From contig OY969811.1 in NCBI GenBank assembly GCA_963703315.1, positions 960,001-1,024,000 on the forward strand: a DNA stretch of 64,000 nt, read 5' to 3'. The position numbers and the translations under genes were made by a program. Source of the DNA: an uncultured cyanobacterium. Its GTDB lineage: Bacteria > Cyanobacteriota > Cyanobacteriia > Pseudanabaenales > Pseudanabaenaceae. The first letter of the stretch is position 1; each line of letters opens with the position of its first letter. Of this stretch, positions 9,401 to 19,208 are shown in pieces. The notes beneath the pieces are model-generated. The model saw only the letters and a program-made list of their open reading frames with translations, was not told the origin of the DNA and did no database searches.

Positions 9401-11854
9401 CTAGAGTCCATTGCCAATTAGAAAGAAAGCAGACCAAAAGTAAGGATGATCGAATGGTTCACCACCTCGGATCAATGATATCTGCGCTAATCGTAATGCC
9501 TCTGTTGCCGAAATACCTTTCTTCAGATTGGCATAAAAGGCATCCATAAGCTTCTGAGTACCACCATCATTAACCGTCCATAGAGATGCGATTACGGCTC
9601 TAGCACCAACATTTTGAAATTGATAGCCCAATCCTAGTACTTCTGTCCCATCACCCAATTTGCCGCCGATTCCTGTCTCGCAAGCACTCAAAACCACTAA
9701 GTCCACACCCTTGAGTACCCAAGTCTCAATCTCTCTCAGAGTCAGGCGATCGCTATCTCCAAAGATCAGAAAAGATTCATCTGGTGTACCTATATTGAAA
9801 GAACCATGAGTTGCTAAATGGATGATCGAACTAGAATCTGCGCCTGTCTTGGTTGAGGTTTTTGTAAAGGTTTTGTCAACTAACTCCGTCACATTCGGGA
9901 AGATACTGACAATATTTTTTATTTCTTGTTGGGTGGCAGGAATGGCACTAAAGGAAATAGGTTTACCCAGCACATTCACACTGTGGGCGATCGTTGAAGC
10001 ACCAGCTAGCACTTTGGTTTGATTGGTTACAGGTCGATTAAAATTTGTCAGAGAAGTGGCGGTAATGTTGTTGATACTATATTTTTCAACTAAGAACTGT
10101 TTGCCATCATAAAGAGTCGCAATGGGAATATAGCGCAATCGACTATCAGGAGCGTAGATAATCGTCTTTACATTCGACTGTTGTAGTTCAGCTTCGATAG
10201 GCGCAATCATCCACTTATAGAACTGTTGAGAAGTATCTTTAAAATCAAAATTACTACCATCTTGTAATTCCGCTCGAAATTTTTCGACAGCAGCGCTAAT
10301 ATCTCTTTGTCTGACTTGAACTGCACGATGGATTGGCGGAGCCGAAGGTGTAATTAAGACGATCTCCAGTCTACTCTCTAGCACCAGTGGATAAATGATC
10401 ACGGCATTTAACTGCTTGAGTTGTTTTTGGAGACTAACGATCGCCTTGAGATTGACATTTTGCTGCTGGATATCGTTATTCAACTCAGTGGTTAACTTCT
10501 TGACTTCTTCACTATTCAGAAAAGCATTGAATTGTCGATTTGCTTCTTTCTCTTGGTTGACTAGATAGGTCAATCGCTCCTTTTGTTTAGCGGTTAACTT
10601 GCCTTGATTCTCCAGTATTTGCAAATCAGAGAGTTCTTTATTCAAGTTAATCATTTGCATTTCGACAGGCTGATACTCTACTCCTTTAGCCGTTTGTTCA
10701 TTCCCACGCACATTTTTGAGATAGTCATCCACTTCCTGCACTTTTAGCAGATCAAGTACCTGCTGTGCCTCGATCACCCGATCCTGTTGTAATAGCAAAT
10801 CCGCAAGGCGACGATAGACTGGCGCAATTGTATTGGCGTAGAGCTTCTGCTCTTGCCTTGTGAGTGAGTTCAGATCTTTCCGAATCTCTTCATAGATATT
10901 CACCGATTGCTTGAGATAGGCGATCGCCAAAACATTTTGTTTTCGTTCAGCAAGAAGCGCACCAATATGCTGATAGAGTTTTGCCTCTCCTGCGCGATCA
11001 CCTGTCTGACGACTAACAGCTAGAGCCTGCTGATAGTAACCGAGAGCAATTTCAAACTGTCCTTGACTGTTATACAGAAGTCCAATATTACCGAGAGTGA
11101 CACTTTCATTTATGCGATCTGCCAACTTCTGACTAATTTCTAGAGATTGTTGATAGTTCTTGAATGCTTCAGCATTAAACCCGCGCTCATTCAACAAAAA
11201 TCCAATATTGTTGAGAATTACGGCTTCACCTGCGGGATTTTTTCCTGATTCTTTGGTCAAGGCTAGAGCTTGACGATAATAATCGAGAGAATTGGCATAT
11301 TCTTTGTTATTGCGATAGACCAACCCCAAATTATTAATTGTTCTGGCAATACCAAAGCGATCGCCTAATTTTTGTTGAATCTTGAGAGCTTCTTGATACA
11401 GTTTGATCGAGCGGTCAAACTGCCCCAAATTGCGGTAGACAATGCCCATATTGTTGCGAATGCTACTTTCGCCCAATAGATCTTTGGTGTCTTGGCTAAT
11501 TTTCAAAGCTTTTTCGTATGCTTCGATCGCCCTGACAAACTGTCCGAGATCATTGTAAACAGAGGCAATACTATTTAATGCTTGAGCTTGCCCTGCGCGA
11601 TCGCCCTGTCCTTCATACAATTTTAGCGATCGCTGAAAAGCTTCTAGGGCTGGGGTGAGTTGTCCTTTTTTTTGTAGCTCATTGCCATTGGCTTGGAAAA
11701 TGTCAGCATCTGATGACTTTGCCTTGAAATTATTGGTCGAACTTTCTTCGGCACTAATTTGGGCATTTGCCGCAATAGAACCTATACAAACTATAGAAAT
11801 TGGGATCAAACTAAGAGAAGCACATAAACCTTTGTGTAAAGCCTTAAAAATCAT
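9401..11854 (-). CDS. TPR-repeat + CHAT (caspase/HetF-like) domain protein, probable signal peptide
   Basis: N-terminal TPRs; HLATHG and VVLSACETG catalytic His/Cys; HPYFWSAF..IGN C-terminus. Confidence 0.92.
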   Translation of the reverse strand: MIFKALHKGLCASLSLIPISIVCIGSIAANAQISAEESSTNNFKAKSSDADIFQANGNELQKKGQLTPALEAFQRSLKLYEGQGDRAGQAQALNSIASVYNDLGQFVRAIEAYEKALKISQDTKDLLGESSIRNNMGIVYRNLGQFDRSIKLYQEALKIQQKLGDRFGIARTINNLGLVYRNNKEYANSLDYYRQALALTKESGKNPAGEAVILNNIGFLLNERGFNAEAFKNYQQSLEISQKLADRINESVTLGNIGLLYNSQGQFEIALGYYQQALAVSRQTGDRAGEAKLYQHIGALLAERKQNVLAIAYLKQSVNIYEEIRKDLNSLTRQEQKLYANTIAPVYRRLADLLLQQDRVIEAQQVLDLLKVQEVDDYLKNVRGNEQTAKGVEYQPVEMQMINLNKELSDLQILENQGKLTAKQKERLTYLVNQEKEANRQFNAFLNSEEVKKLTTELNNDIQQQNVNLKAIVSLQKQLKQLNAVIIYPLVLESRLEIVLITPSAPPIHRAVQVRQRDISAAVEKFRAELQDGSNFDFKDTSQQFYKWMIAPIEAELQQSNVKTIIYAPDSRLRYIPIATLYDGKQFLVEKYSINNITATSLTNFNRPVTNQTKVLAGASTIAHSVNVLGKPISFSAIPATQQEIKNIVSIFPNVTELVDKTFTKTSTKTGADSSSIIHLATHGSFNIGTPDESFLIFGDSDRLTLREIETWVLKGVDLVVLSACETGIGGKLGDGTEVLGLGYQFQNVGARAVIASLWTVNDGGTQKLMDAFYANLKKGISATEALRLAQISLIRGGEPFDHPYFWSAFFLIGNGL

Positions 11855-11960
11855 ATTTCTTTATTTATTTGCTTACAAACTAAATAATCATGAATAATAG
11901 AGTACATCCATCTGAAATTAAATAAAATTGTCAATCATATAGCAATCGCCATTTGTAGCA

Positions 11961-12152
11961 AGTAGCTAAGCAATACCAATTCAAAAAAATGGCGTTGCCA
12001 TTTTTTTGAATCTCAAAACCTTACTCGGTTTATTTTTTAATTCATTTTGGTGCATTTTATAAATATTAAATATAAAACCCCAAAACCTGTGGCGCACGCT
12101 GCGCGTGCGCCACAGGTTTTGGCTCTGGTTTTTAATTAGGCCCAGCTACTTA
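11961..12152. mobile_element. Family A MITE-like repeat with a ~90-bp nested insert
   Basis: Left end AAGTAGCTAAGCA at 11961, body resumes at ~12065, right end CCCAGCTACTTA at 12141-12152. Confidence 0.6.
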
Positions 12153-12243
12153 AGCCAAATAATTAAGCCTTTCTACTTATCAATTTGACAAGTTAAAAAT
12201 TTTAGAATTACTTATAATTTTTGATCAATTTAAGGATTTTATT

Positions 12244-14082
12244 GTGTCAATATTTTCAATCTACCGTCGCGTCATCTTGAGGTGGATATCACTATTCTGC
12301 ATTGGCTTAGTGATGTCATTTCTTTTCGTTAGTCCCGCTAAGCCCCAAAACCAGAGCAATTGCATCAAAATCCCAGAAGTCCCTGTGAGTAGTGCGGAAG
12401 CGATCGAAAAAAGTAGACGCATTGCCGTATTAATTCAGGCGGATCGGTTGATTCAGAGTAATAACCTTGCGGAAGCGGTCAAACTACAACAAACAGTAAA
12501 GAAGCCGATTCCCAATGTGGCTGCTCCTAGTCCGCCCACTCGCAATGTGGATAATCTGGAGAGTGGCGCTAAGGTCTATTGGCAAAATGGAGAAGAAGGG
12601 CTAGAAAGCGGACTACCCACTAAAGCCTTAATTTCTCTCGAAAAATTATCTAATAATTATCCCGAATTCATTCCTGGGCATATCAAGTTTGCAGAAGCTT
12701 CCCTACGTTGGAATCAACCAGATAATGCCATCAAAACCTTAGATCGAGCCTATGGTATTTACCCAGATCGTGTGGATTTATTGGAGCCATTACTAAAGTT
12801 ACTCACATCCAAGAAAATGGAAGTAGAAGCTTCGATCGCATCCCGTCAGTTTGCGCTTAACTATCCAGAACATCCCGATGCTGCTAAGTATAAGAAGTTG
12901 GCTGATGATTACATGAATCAGTTCATCAATGATTTTAAGAATGATTCGCTAGTTACGTCAATTCTTTCTGGCGATCGCAAAGTCATTGAGCAAATTTTTA
13001 AAGGAGAATCTGGATTTGGTGAGGAGAATGCAGCAGATTTAAAGAAAGGTCTATCTTTAGTCGATGATCCTAAACTTACCGAATATATTAATAGAATTGG
13101 ACAGAAGTTAGCCAAGCTCTCAGGTCGAGATGATTTTAAGTATGAGTTCTATATCGTACAGGATAACTCTCTCAATGCCTTTGCCTTACCTGGAGGGAAG
13201 ATCTTCATTAATACAGGCACGATCGCTGATATGGAATCTGAAGCAGAGTTAGCAGGTATCCTCAGCCATGAAATTGCTCATACAGTCTTTTCCCATAGTT
13301 ATCTAAAAGTTATTACCGACACGAAGGCGAGACTTCTCAAAAAAGTGGGACTGATTAACACAGTTCTCGAATATCTCAAGCCAGAATTTGGATTTAGCCG
13401 ATCGCTGGAACAACAAGCCGATTTTCTAGGAACTCGCATTCTCGCATCGGCTGGCTATTCTGCCGATGGCTTGTATCGTGTATTTGAAAGATGGCGTGGT
13501 TATGAGAAAGATCGCAAGACAGGCTGGCTAGATACGCATCCTGCATCTTCAGAGCGTGTACGATATTTGCAAGAAGCTGTCCAGAATCGCAACTACAACC
13601 GCTATTCCATAGAGAATATCGAAGCTCTAATTGCGGCGCGTGGAGCATTTTGCAAGTCAGAAGTCAAAAAAGATCAACCCGTTCCTACTTCCGCGATCGC
13701 TACGCCAAATCCCAGTGATAAGAAGCCAGTTTTAGGTCAAGTATCTGTGGTAGCAGGGCAAACTAACGATAATGTGAGCATTAACATCAATGGAGGTAAG
13801 GTTGAGTCGAGCGGTCGTTACATCCTGAATGTGGAAATTATCAACAATAGTAAAGAACCCTTTGGATTTGTGCCTATATTTGTGGAAGTAACCAATGCAG
13901 AAGGAAAGAAAGTGTCGGCACAGTTCATCAGTGCGTCTGGCAAAAACCTAGTGAATGCAGGAGAAACAGCCAAAGCAACCCTTTCAATTTTCCGCCAACC
14001 TTGGCGAGATGGTGATCAAGGTTTAGTCTGGAAAATCACTGAAAACACTGGTGGAGGTCGAGTATTTCGGATTCCGTTCTAA
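12244..14082 (+). CDS. M48 family metallopeptidase, exported, with TPR-like N-terminal region
   Basis: NAFALPGG, HEIAH zinc motif, FSR..E..AD and THP..ER; hydrophobic N-terminus. Confidence 0.88.
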   Translation: MSIFSIYRRVILRWISLFCIGLVMSFLFVSPAKPQNQSNCIKIPEVPVSSAEAIEKSRRIAVLIQADRLIQSNNLAEAVKLQQTVKKPIPNVAAPSPPTRNVDNLESGAKVYWQNGEEGLESGLPTKALISLEKLSNNYPEFIPGHIKFAEASLRWNQPDNAIKTLDRAYGIYPDRVDLLEPLLKLLTSKKMEVEASIASRQFALNYPEHPDAAKYKKLADDYMNQFINDFKNDSLVTSILSGDRKVIEQIFKGESGFGEENAADLKKGLSLVDDPKLTEYINRIGQKLAKLSGRDDFKYEFYIVQDNSLNAFALPGGKIFINTGTIADMESEAELAGILSHEIAHTVFSHSYLKVITDTKARLLKKVGLINTVLEYLKPEFGFSRSLEQQADFLGTRILASAGYSADGLYRVFERWRGYEKDRKTGWLDTHPASSERVRYLQEAVQNRNYNRYSIENIEALIAARGAFCKSEVKKDQPVPTSAIATPNPSDKKPVLGQVSVVAGQTNDNVSININGGKVESSGRYILNVEIINNSKEPFGFVPIFVEVTNAEGKKVSAQFISASGKNLVNAGETAKATLSIFRQPWRDGDQGLVWKITENTGGGRVFRIPF

Positions 14083-14087
14083 TTTGC

Positions 14088-14122
14088 TTTAAAAAAGCCT
14101 TGCAAAGCAAGGCTTTTTTAAA
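14088..14122. terminator. Perfect 16-bp hairpin after the M48 gene
   Basis: TTTAAAAAAGCCTTGC-AAA-GCAAGGCTTTTTTAAA. Confidence 0.7.
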
Positions 14123-14143
14123 TTATTTACTTCGATTTAATAC

Positions 14144-14180
14144 TTGCGATCGGCTTGAGAAGATAGATTGTTAATGCGAT
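14144..14180 (+). repeat. 37-bp direct repeat, copy 1
   Basis: TTGCGATCGGCTTGAGAAGATAGATTGTTAATGCGAT; 36/37 identical to 16142-16178. Confidence 0.9.
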
Positions 14181-14330
14181 CAAGTTTGAATTAGAGTAAA
14201 ATCTGCGGTAATTTGCCCTTAAATAACGAAACTAAATCACAGTTGTGTTATAAATTTTATAATTGTGAAGCTTAAGAATGCGGTATCCAATTTTTCAAGC
14301 ATCAATAAATTAAACTTTCAGGAATCTTAA

Positions 14331-16049
14331 ATGTCATTTCAAATCCCAATCACTATTTCTGCTGCAATTAAAAATATTGAAAATAACCAATATTTACTTC
14401 CTGCTATTCAACGTGAATTTGTGTGGAGCCACGAAAAAATAGAATGGTTGTTTGATTCAATAATGAGAAATTATCCCATAAGTTCATTTTTGTTTTGGCG
14501 GGTTGAAGGTGACACTAGGAGAGACTATAAGTTTTATCAATTCCTTAAAAATTTTAAGCAACGGTACGCAACTCATAATAACGAGTTCTCAACCACTGGT
14601 CACAACGATTTTACAGCAGTGCTTGACGGTCAGCAACGTTTGACATCTCTTTATATAGGACTTTGTGGAAGTTATGCATACCGAACACCAAGACTCCATG
14701 AAGAAAATAATGAGCGCGTCTATCCAACTAGACACCTATATTTGAATATTGAGAATCCGTTAGAAAATGAGGAAGATGGAAGAGATTTTGAATTTAAGTT
14801 TTTGAAGAAAAAAGAATTTGAGTCAAACAAAGCAAAGTGGTTTAAGGTTTCTGAAATTCTCGCTCTTGCGGATGATTTTGAGTTCAATAGATATCTTGAT
14901 AATCACAGTCTAAAAACAAATGAATTTTCATATAGAACTCTGGCGACGTTAAAGAATGTAATTCACTCAAAGCCAACCATAAACTTCTTCCTCGAAACAG
15001 AGCAAAGTCTTGATAAAGCGCTGAACATTTTCATAAGAATAAACAGTGGGGGTGAACCACTAAATTTTTCAGATTTGCTCATGTCCATTGCTGTGGCTAA
15101 TTGGAAAAGCAAAGATGCACGAAAAGAAATTCATACACTGGTCGATAACGTCAGAGAAAAAGGATTTTCAATTTCAAAAGATTTCATCTTGAAGACTTTT
15201 TTGTATCTGTACAGCAAAGACATTAAATTTAAGGTTACAAATTTCTCAAAAGAAAATGCCAAGGAGTTTGAAAACGAATGGGATAAAATTCGAGATGCAA
15301 TCCTTTCGGTATTCGATCTTGTAAGATCATTTGGATTTTCTGATTCGACATTAACATCAAAAAATGCGTTGATTCCAATAATTTACTACATTTACCATAA
15401 AAATATATACAAAGACTTTCACACCAAAATTGCATATGAAAGCGATAGAAATACCATTAAAAAATGGCTCCACGTGGCTTTGGTTAAGCGAATTTTTGGC
15501 GGGACATCGGATAGTGTTCTTAGTCAAATTCGCAGGGCATTCACTAGCGATGTATCGATAGCAGCTATTGAATCCCATACTCTAGGATTTCCTGTAAGTA
15601 GCATCAATGAAAACACAAAAAAAGATATGGGGATTACGGATGAATTCATCACAGACATCTTACTGACCCAAAAAGATGACATGTATGCCTTCTCTATATT
15701 GGCATTGTTATATCCGAATCTTGACTATAAAAACAACGACTTCAATAAAGATCATATACATCCAGCGAATAAGTTCGGCGACCTTTCAGTTGCTGACAAA
15801 GAAAAATATGGATGGGCGACTTACAACTCTATTTTGAATCTTCAAATGCTGGATGCTAATGAGAACAAGTCAAAACAGGATAAAGATCTGTTAACTTGGG
15901 TCAATTTACAATTAGAGAAACAAGATCGATTCATATTTCTGAACAGCCATTTGATTCCAGATGTTAGCTTTGAAATTAAGGATTTCGGATCATTTATTGA
16001 AGCTCGAAGATTCATCTTGATTGACAAGCTTAAACAGATTTTGAGTTAA
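14331..16049 (+). CDS. DUF262 (GmrS-like) protein with C-terminal HNH-like (DUF1524/GmrD-like) region; putative type IV restriction enzyme
   Basis: P.IQREFVW, LDGQQRLTSL, F.RINSGG.PL and DHIHP...NLQML...EN..K motifs. Confidence 0.85.
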   Translation: MSFQIPITISAAIKNIENNQYLLPAIQREFVWSHEKIEWLFDSIMRNYPISSFLFWRVEGDTRRDYKFYQFLKNFKQRYATHNNEFSTTGHNDFTAVLDGQQRLTSLYIGLCGSYAYRTPRLHEENNERVYPTRHLYLNIENPLENEEDGRDFEFKFLKKKEFESNKAKWFKVSEILALADDFEFNRYLDNHSLKTNEFSYRTLATLKNVIHSKPTINFFLETEQSLDKALNIFIRINSGGEPLNFSDLLMSIAVANWKSKDARKEIHTLVDNVREKGFSISKDFILKTFLYLYSKDIKFKVTNFSKENAKEFENEWDKIRDAILSVFDLVRSFGFSDSTLTSKNALIPIIYYIYHKNIYKDFHTKIAYESDRNTIKKWLHVALVKRIFGGTSDSVLSQIRRAFTSDVSIAAIESHTLGFPVSSINENTKKDMGITDEFITDILLTQKDDMYAFSILALLYPNLDYKNNDFNKDHIHPANKFGDLSVADKEKYGWATYNSILNLQMLDANENKSKQDKDLLTWVNLQLEKQDRFIFLNSHLIPDVSFEIKDFGSFIEARRFILIDKLKQILS

Positions 16050-16172
16050 GCAGACATTCGCAATGCCCCTGTGATCACATTCTATACAAAACTTGGTGTG
16101 CGTGAAGATGAGCTTCATTTTGACATTGCTGTTGATAGTAATTGCGATCGCCTTGAGAAGATAGATTGTTAA
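16050..16172 (+). pseudogene. 3' fragment of an AAC(3)-I-family GNAT acetyltransferase
   Basis: Reads ADIRNAPVITFYTKLGVREDELHFDIAV, resembling the AAC(3)-I C-terminus QAD..[21 protein letters not shown]. Confidence 0.6.
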
Positions 16173-16178
16173 TGCGAT
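16142..16178 (+). repeat. 37-bp direct repeat, copy 2
   Basis: TTGCGATCGCCTTGAGAAGATAGATTGTTAATGCGAT. Confidence 0.9.
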
Positions 16179-16367
16179 GACTTTTTGGCTGTTGAAATGG
16201 AGAATTAGGCGATTTTGTTTCGGGGAGATCAGACAAGATAAACGGCTCAATGCTTTTAATGACAGGTGTTTCAGAGATCGAAGACCTCCGAGGCTAAAAC
16301 TATTGCACATCAAGAATTTCAGCTATTTAAGCTAAAGCAACTTCCCGAAACACCTATTGAGCCAATA

Positions 16368-18137
16368 TTAAAATGGATTAGCCGATATAGAAAAATAAAT
16401 CCCATTTTCTTGTAAAGTTTTTTTCTCCGCCGAAATACGACTCAGGGGAATCCCAAAATCGAGTCGGATAGTGAGGCGATCGCTTATCTGTAAGCGCAAT
16501 CCTGTACCTAATGCGGTCAAAGTGCTTGGATCAGGGTTGGTATTAGCTTGATGATTCCATACTGTACCAAAATCAAAGAATGGTACAACCTGTAAAAGTC
16601 CGCTAATTTCAGGAATCCGCAATATAGGAATCCGCACCTCGGCAGATAAAAGCAATCCATTATCGCTCAGCAGAGCATCTTGTCGATATCCTCGCAGGTT
16701 GTCTTGACCACCAATACTAATTTGTTCCTGTGACAAAAGTGGGCGATCGCTCAGTTGCAGATCGGCACGCAAAAATAACAGAGTTTCGGGGGCCAGCAGA
16801 CGCACATATTGAGTTTGCCCGCGCCATGCCAAAAATTGACTATCGGGAGATACATTATTGATCGTCGCGCCGAGCGCATTAATCCCTAAACTTAGTTGCG
16901 ATCGCATCGCCAATACTTCTTCAGCACTGCGTTGCACATATTCTTGAAAAAAGCGCAGCGCTGTAACTTTGGTCTGACCATCAGCATCAGCACCAAGGGA
17001 AGGAAAAGCAATTGTGCCGCCTAGTAATGAGGCTGTACTTTGACGATGGCTCAGGGTTAAGCCTAGTGCCACATCTTGAGCAATAGTTTGAAAAATGGGT
17101 TGGCGGATTGTCAGTTCGTAATTTCGAGAATTAGAGGCAATATCGAGAATATTAAAAGGAGTTTCAATCACATTACTAGCAGAAGTTCCAAAGTTAAAGC
17201 TGATAGTTCCATTATAAGGATTGAAGGGAATTGTATAACTCGCATCAAAAGCATTACTACCGTTAGTATTGCTATATGAGAGACTTAGGCGATCGCCTAA
17301 TCCTGCTAGATTTGCCTCGACAAGTTGGATTTGGCGACGCTCAGAGCCGACACTGGGAGTCCGACTATTATCAAAAGTAATTGGTATGTTAAAGGTTGGA
17401 GCCTCAGTCACCTTGATTTCTAAGTTATTTAATCCCGCTTGCAAACTGGGGGACAAATTTGCCGATATGCTCTCAATTAGGGGATTAATTTGTAATAGTT
17501 GTAATGCTTCGAGTAGACGAGTACGGTTTAGAGGTTTCCCAGTGGCGATCGCTATTCGTGATTGAATATAGCCTGAATTAAGCCTGTTCAATCCTGTGAC
17601 CTTAATTTCATCCAATCCTCCCTCAATAACCTGAATCTTGACTATTCCTGTTTGTAAGTCCTGTTCTGGCAAATACGCCCCAGAGGTAATATAACCTCGC
17701 TCTAAATAAAGCTCTGTAATTTTAGTTCTAACTTGAAATAGTTCAATAATAGAAATTGGTTTGTTGGTATAGGATTTAGTAATATTCTCTAGTTCCTGAT
17801 TGCTAAAAACACTGCTACCAATCACTTCAAACTTTTTAACTACAATCAATTCAGAATTGCTGTTGCTCGGAATTTGTGGAGATTGGGAATTTTCTAGATT
17901 TGGAAGAGTAAATAGACTGTCAGGAGCAGGCAGTTTAGACGGTTCAGTTGGGGTTTTAGGCGTAACTTTGGGAGCGATATCATTAGGAATTACTAAATTG
18001 CGTGGGATCGAGTTAGTTTGAGCAGCGATCGCTTGAGGATAAGCATTAAATGCGATCGCGCTCAGTAGCACAACAATAGTATTTTTTTTGTCTTTAAATG
18101 TACAGATATACGCATACCATACTTTCACAATAACCAC
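16368..18137 (-). CDS. ShlB/FhaC/HecB family (TpsB) outer-membrane secretion/activation protein
   Basis: POTRA region (Y..RGY.TSGA), GG...LRGY motif, beta-barrel ending in an aromatic residue. Confidence 0.9.
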   Translation of the reverse strand: MVIVKVWYAYICTFKDKKNTIVVLLSAIAFNAYPQAIAAQTNSIPRNLVIPNDIAPKVTPKTPTEPSKLPAPDSLFTLPNLENSQSPQIPSNSNSELIVVKKFEVIGSSVFSNQELENITKSYTNKPISIIELFQVRTKITELYLERGYITSGAYLPEQDLQTGIVKIQVIEGGLDEIKVTGLNRLNSGYIQSRIAIATGKPLNRTRLLEALQLLQINPLIESISANLSPSLQAGLNNLEIKVTEAPTFNIPITFDNSRTPSVGSERRQIQLVEANLAGLGDRLSLSYSNTNGSNAFDASYTIPFNPYNGTISFNFGTSASNVIETPFNILDIASNSRNYELTIRQPIFQTIAQDVALGLTLSHRQSTASLLGGTIAFPSLGADADGQTKVTALRFFQEYVQRSAEEVLAMRSQLSLGINALGATINNVSPDSQFLAWRGQTQYVRLLAPETLLFLRADLQLSDRPLLSQEQISIGGQDNLRGYRQDALLSDNGLLLSAEVRIPILRIPEISGLLQVVPFFDFGTVWNHQANTNPDPSTLTALGTGLRLQISDRLTIRLDFGIPLSRISAEKKTLQENGIYFSISANPF

Positions 18138-18590
18138 TTCCAGCTTTCGCTAAAAAACTAGTAGACTGACTTGTATTTTATTATCTATTTTTCTTTTATA
18201 ACTATCTCAATGATGAGTGCAAAGTCACTCCAAGCGTAATACTTGAAGTTCCTTGAATAGACAAGAGAACGATTCAGATTATCTTGTGACATATACTTTA
18301 AGATATAGGTAGAATAATTTATAATTCATCCACAACATTAATATGTAAGTTGTTAGTAAAATACTGCAAAACTGTATGCCTTTTGAGTGAATGCTAAAAT
18401 CGAGATTTTTAAATTTGTTCTGGTTGATCTTATCTCTATTAGCCTCTTTTTTACATACCCAACTTCACAATTTATTACACTTTGCCCAAATGTTTAATGG
18501 CTAATTGATCATGTAGATATACTAATCACTCTAGAATGTTATTTTATTGTTTGCTAAAATCAACCTAACTAAGCTGTGATCAGAAATATT

Positions 18591-19196
18591 ATGCAAGCAA
18601 CTGTAATTGATGCCGAAATACAACAAGAACTTGAGCCACAAATTCGGCTCTGGTCGATCGCTGATTATCACCAAATGATTGAAGCAGGAATTTTAGATGA
18701 AGATGATCGCGTAGAACTTTTGGAAGGAAAAATTGTTTGTAAAAATTTTCAAAGTCTATTTCGGGCATCTAGCATACAGCGCAGCAGTAATTTTCTGTTT
18801 AACTTACTAAGCGATCGCGCCGAAATTCGTGTGCAGTTACCCGTGATTTTAGGCAATGACTCCGAGCCAGAGCCAGATCTTGCCATCGTGAGATTTGACA
18901 ACCATGAATATTCCTTTAGACATCCTGAAGTAGCTGATATTTATTTGTTAATTGAAGTTGCCGATTCAACTATTGCTAAAGATCGCAAGCAAAAAGCGCG
19001 TATCTATGCCAAAAATCAGATTTTAGAATATTGGATTCTCGATTTGCAAAAGCGACAGGTTTATGTTTTTCGTCAGCCCGAAGAAAGTGTTTATCGCGAA
19101 GAATTGATTCTGAATAGCAGTGATAGTATCGCCATGCAAGCATTTCCTGATGTGGCGATCGCTTTAGATGCTATGTTTCCTATTGCACAAAATTAA
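18591..19196 (+). CDS. Uma2 (DUF820) family endonuclease
   Basis: RVELLEGKIV, PEPDLAIV, IEVADST, EYWILD; ATG 18591 (ORF track 18576). Confidence 0.88.
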   Translation: MQATVIDAEIQQELEPQIRLWSIADYHQMIEAGILDEDDRVELLEGKIVCKNFQSLFRASSIQRSSNFLFNLLSDRAEIRVQLPVILGNDSEPEPDLAIVRFDNHEYSFRHPEVADIYLLIEVADSTIAKDRKQKARIYAKNQILEYWILDLQKRQVYVFRQPEESVYREELILNSSDSIAMQAFPDVAIALDAMFPIAQN

Positions 19197-19208
19197 CTAA
19201 ATATTCCT

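Noticed and set aside
9167..9421. 84-aa ORF with PLTPSPSP
   Set aside because: Translation of the CCCTCACCCC dispersed repeat, overlapping two real genes.
12185..12218. Perfect TTGACA and TATAAT before the M48 gene
   Set aside because: Spacer is 22 nt (12 nt to TAGAAT), which does not fit a single sigma70 promoter.
14144..16178. Integron cassette interpretation (aac(3)-I is a classic cassette gene)
   Set aside because: The 37-bp repeats lack an attC-like RYYYAAC...GTTRRRY palindrome and no integrase is in the window.
16225..16312. Stretch resembling cyanobacterial CRISPR-leader or dispersed-repeat sequence
   Set aside because: Single copy in the window, weak symmetry and no adjacent array; cannot be supported without a search.
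15990..16313. 107-aa - strand ORF
   Set aside because: Overlaps the DUF262 end and is antisense to the acetyltransferase relic; no recognisable motif.
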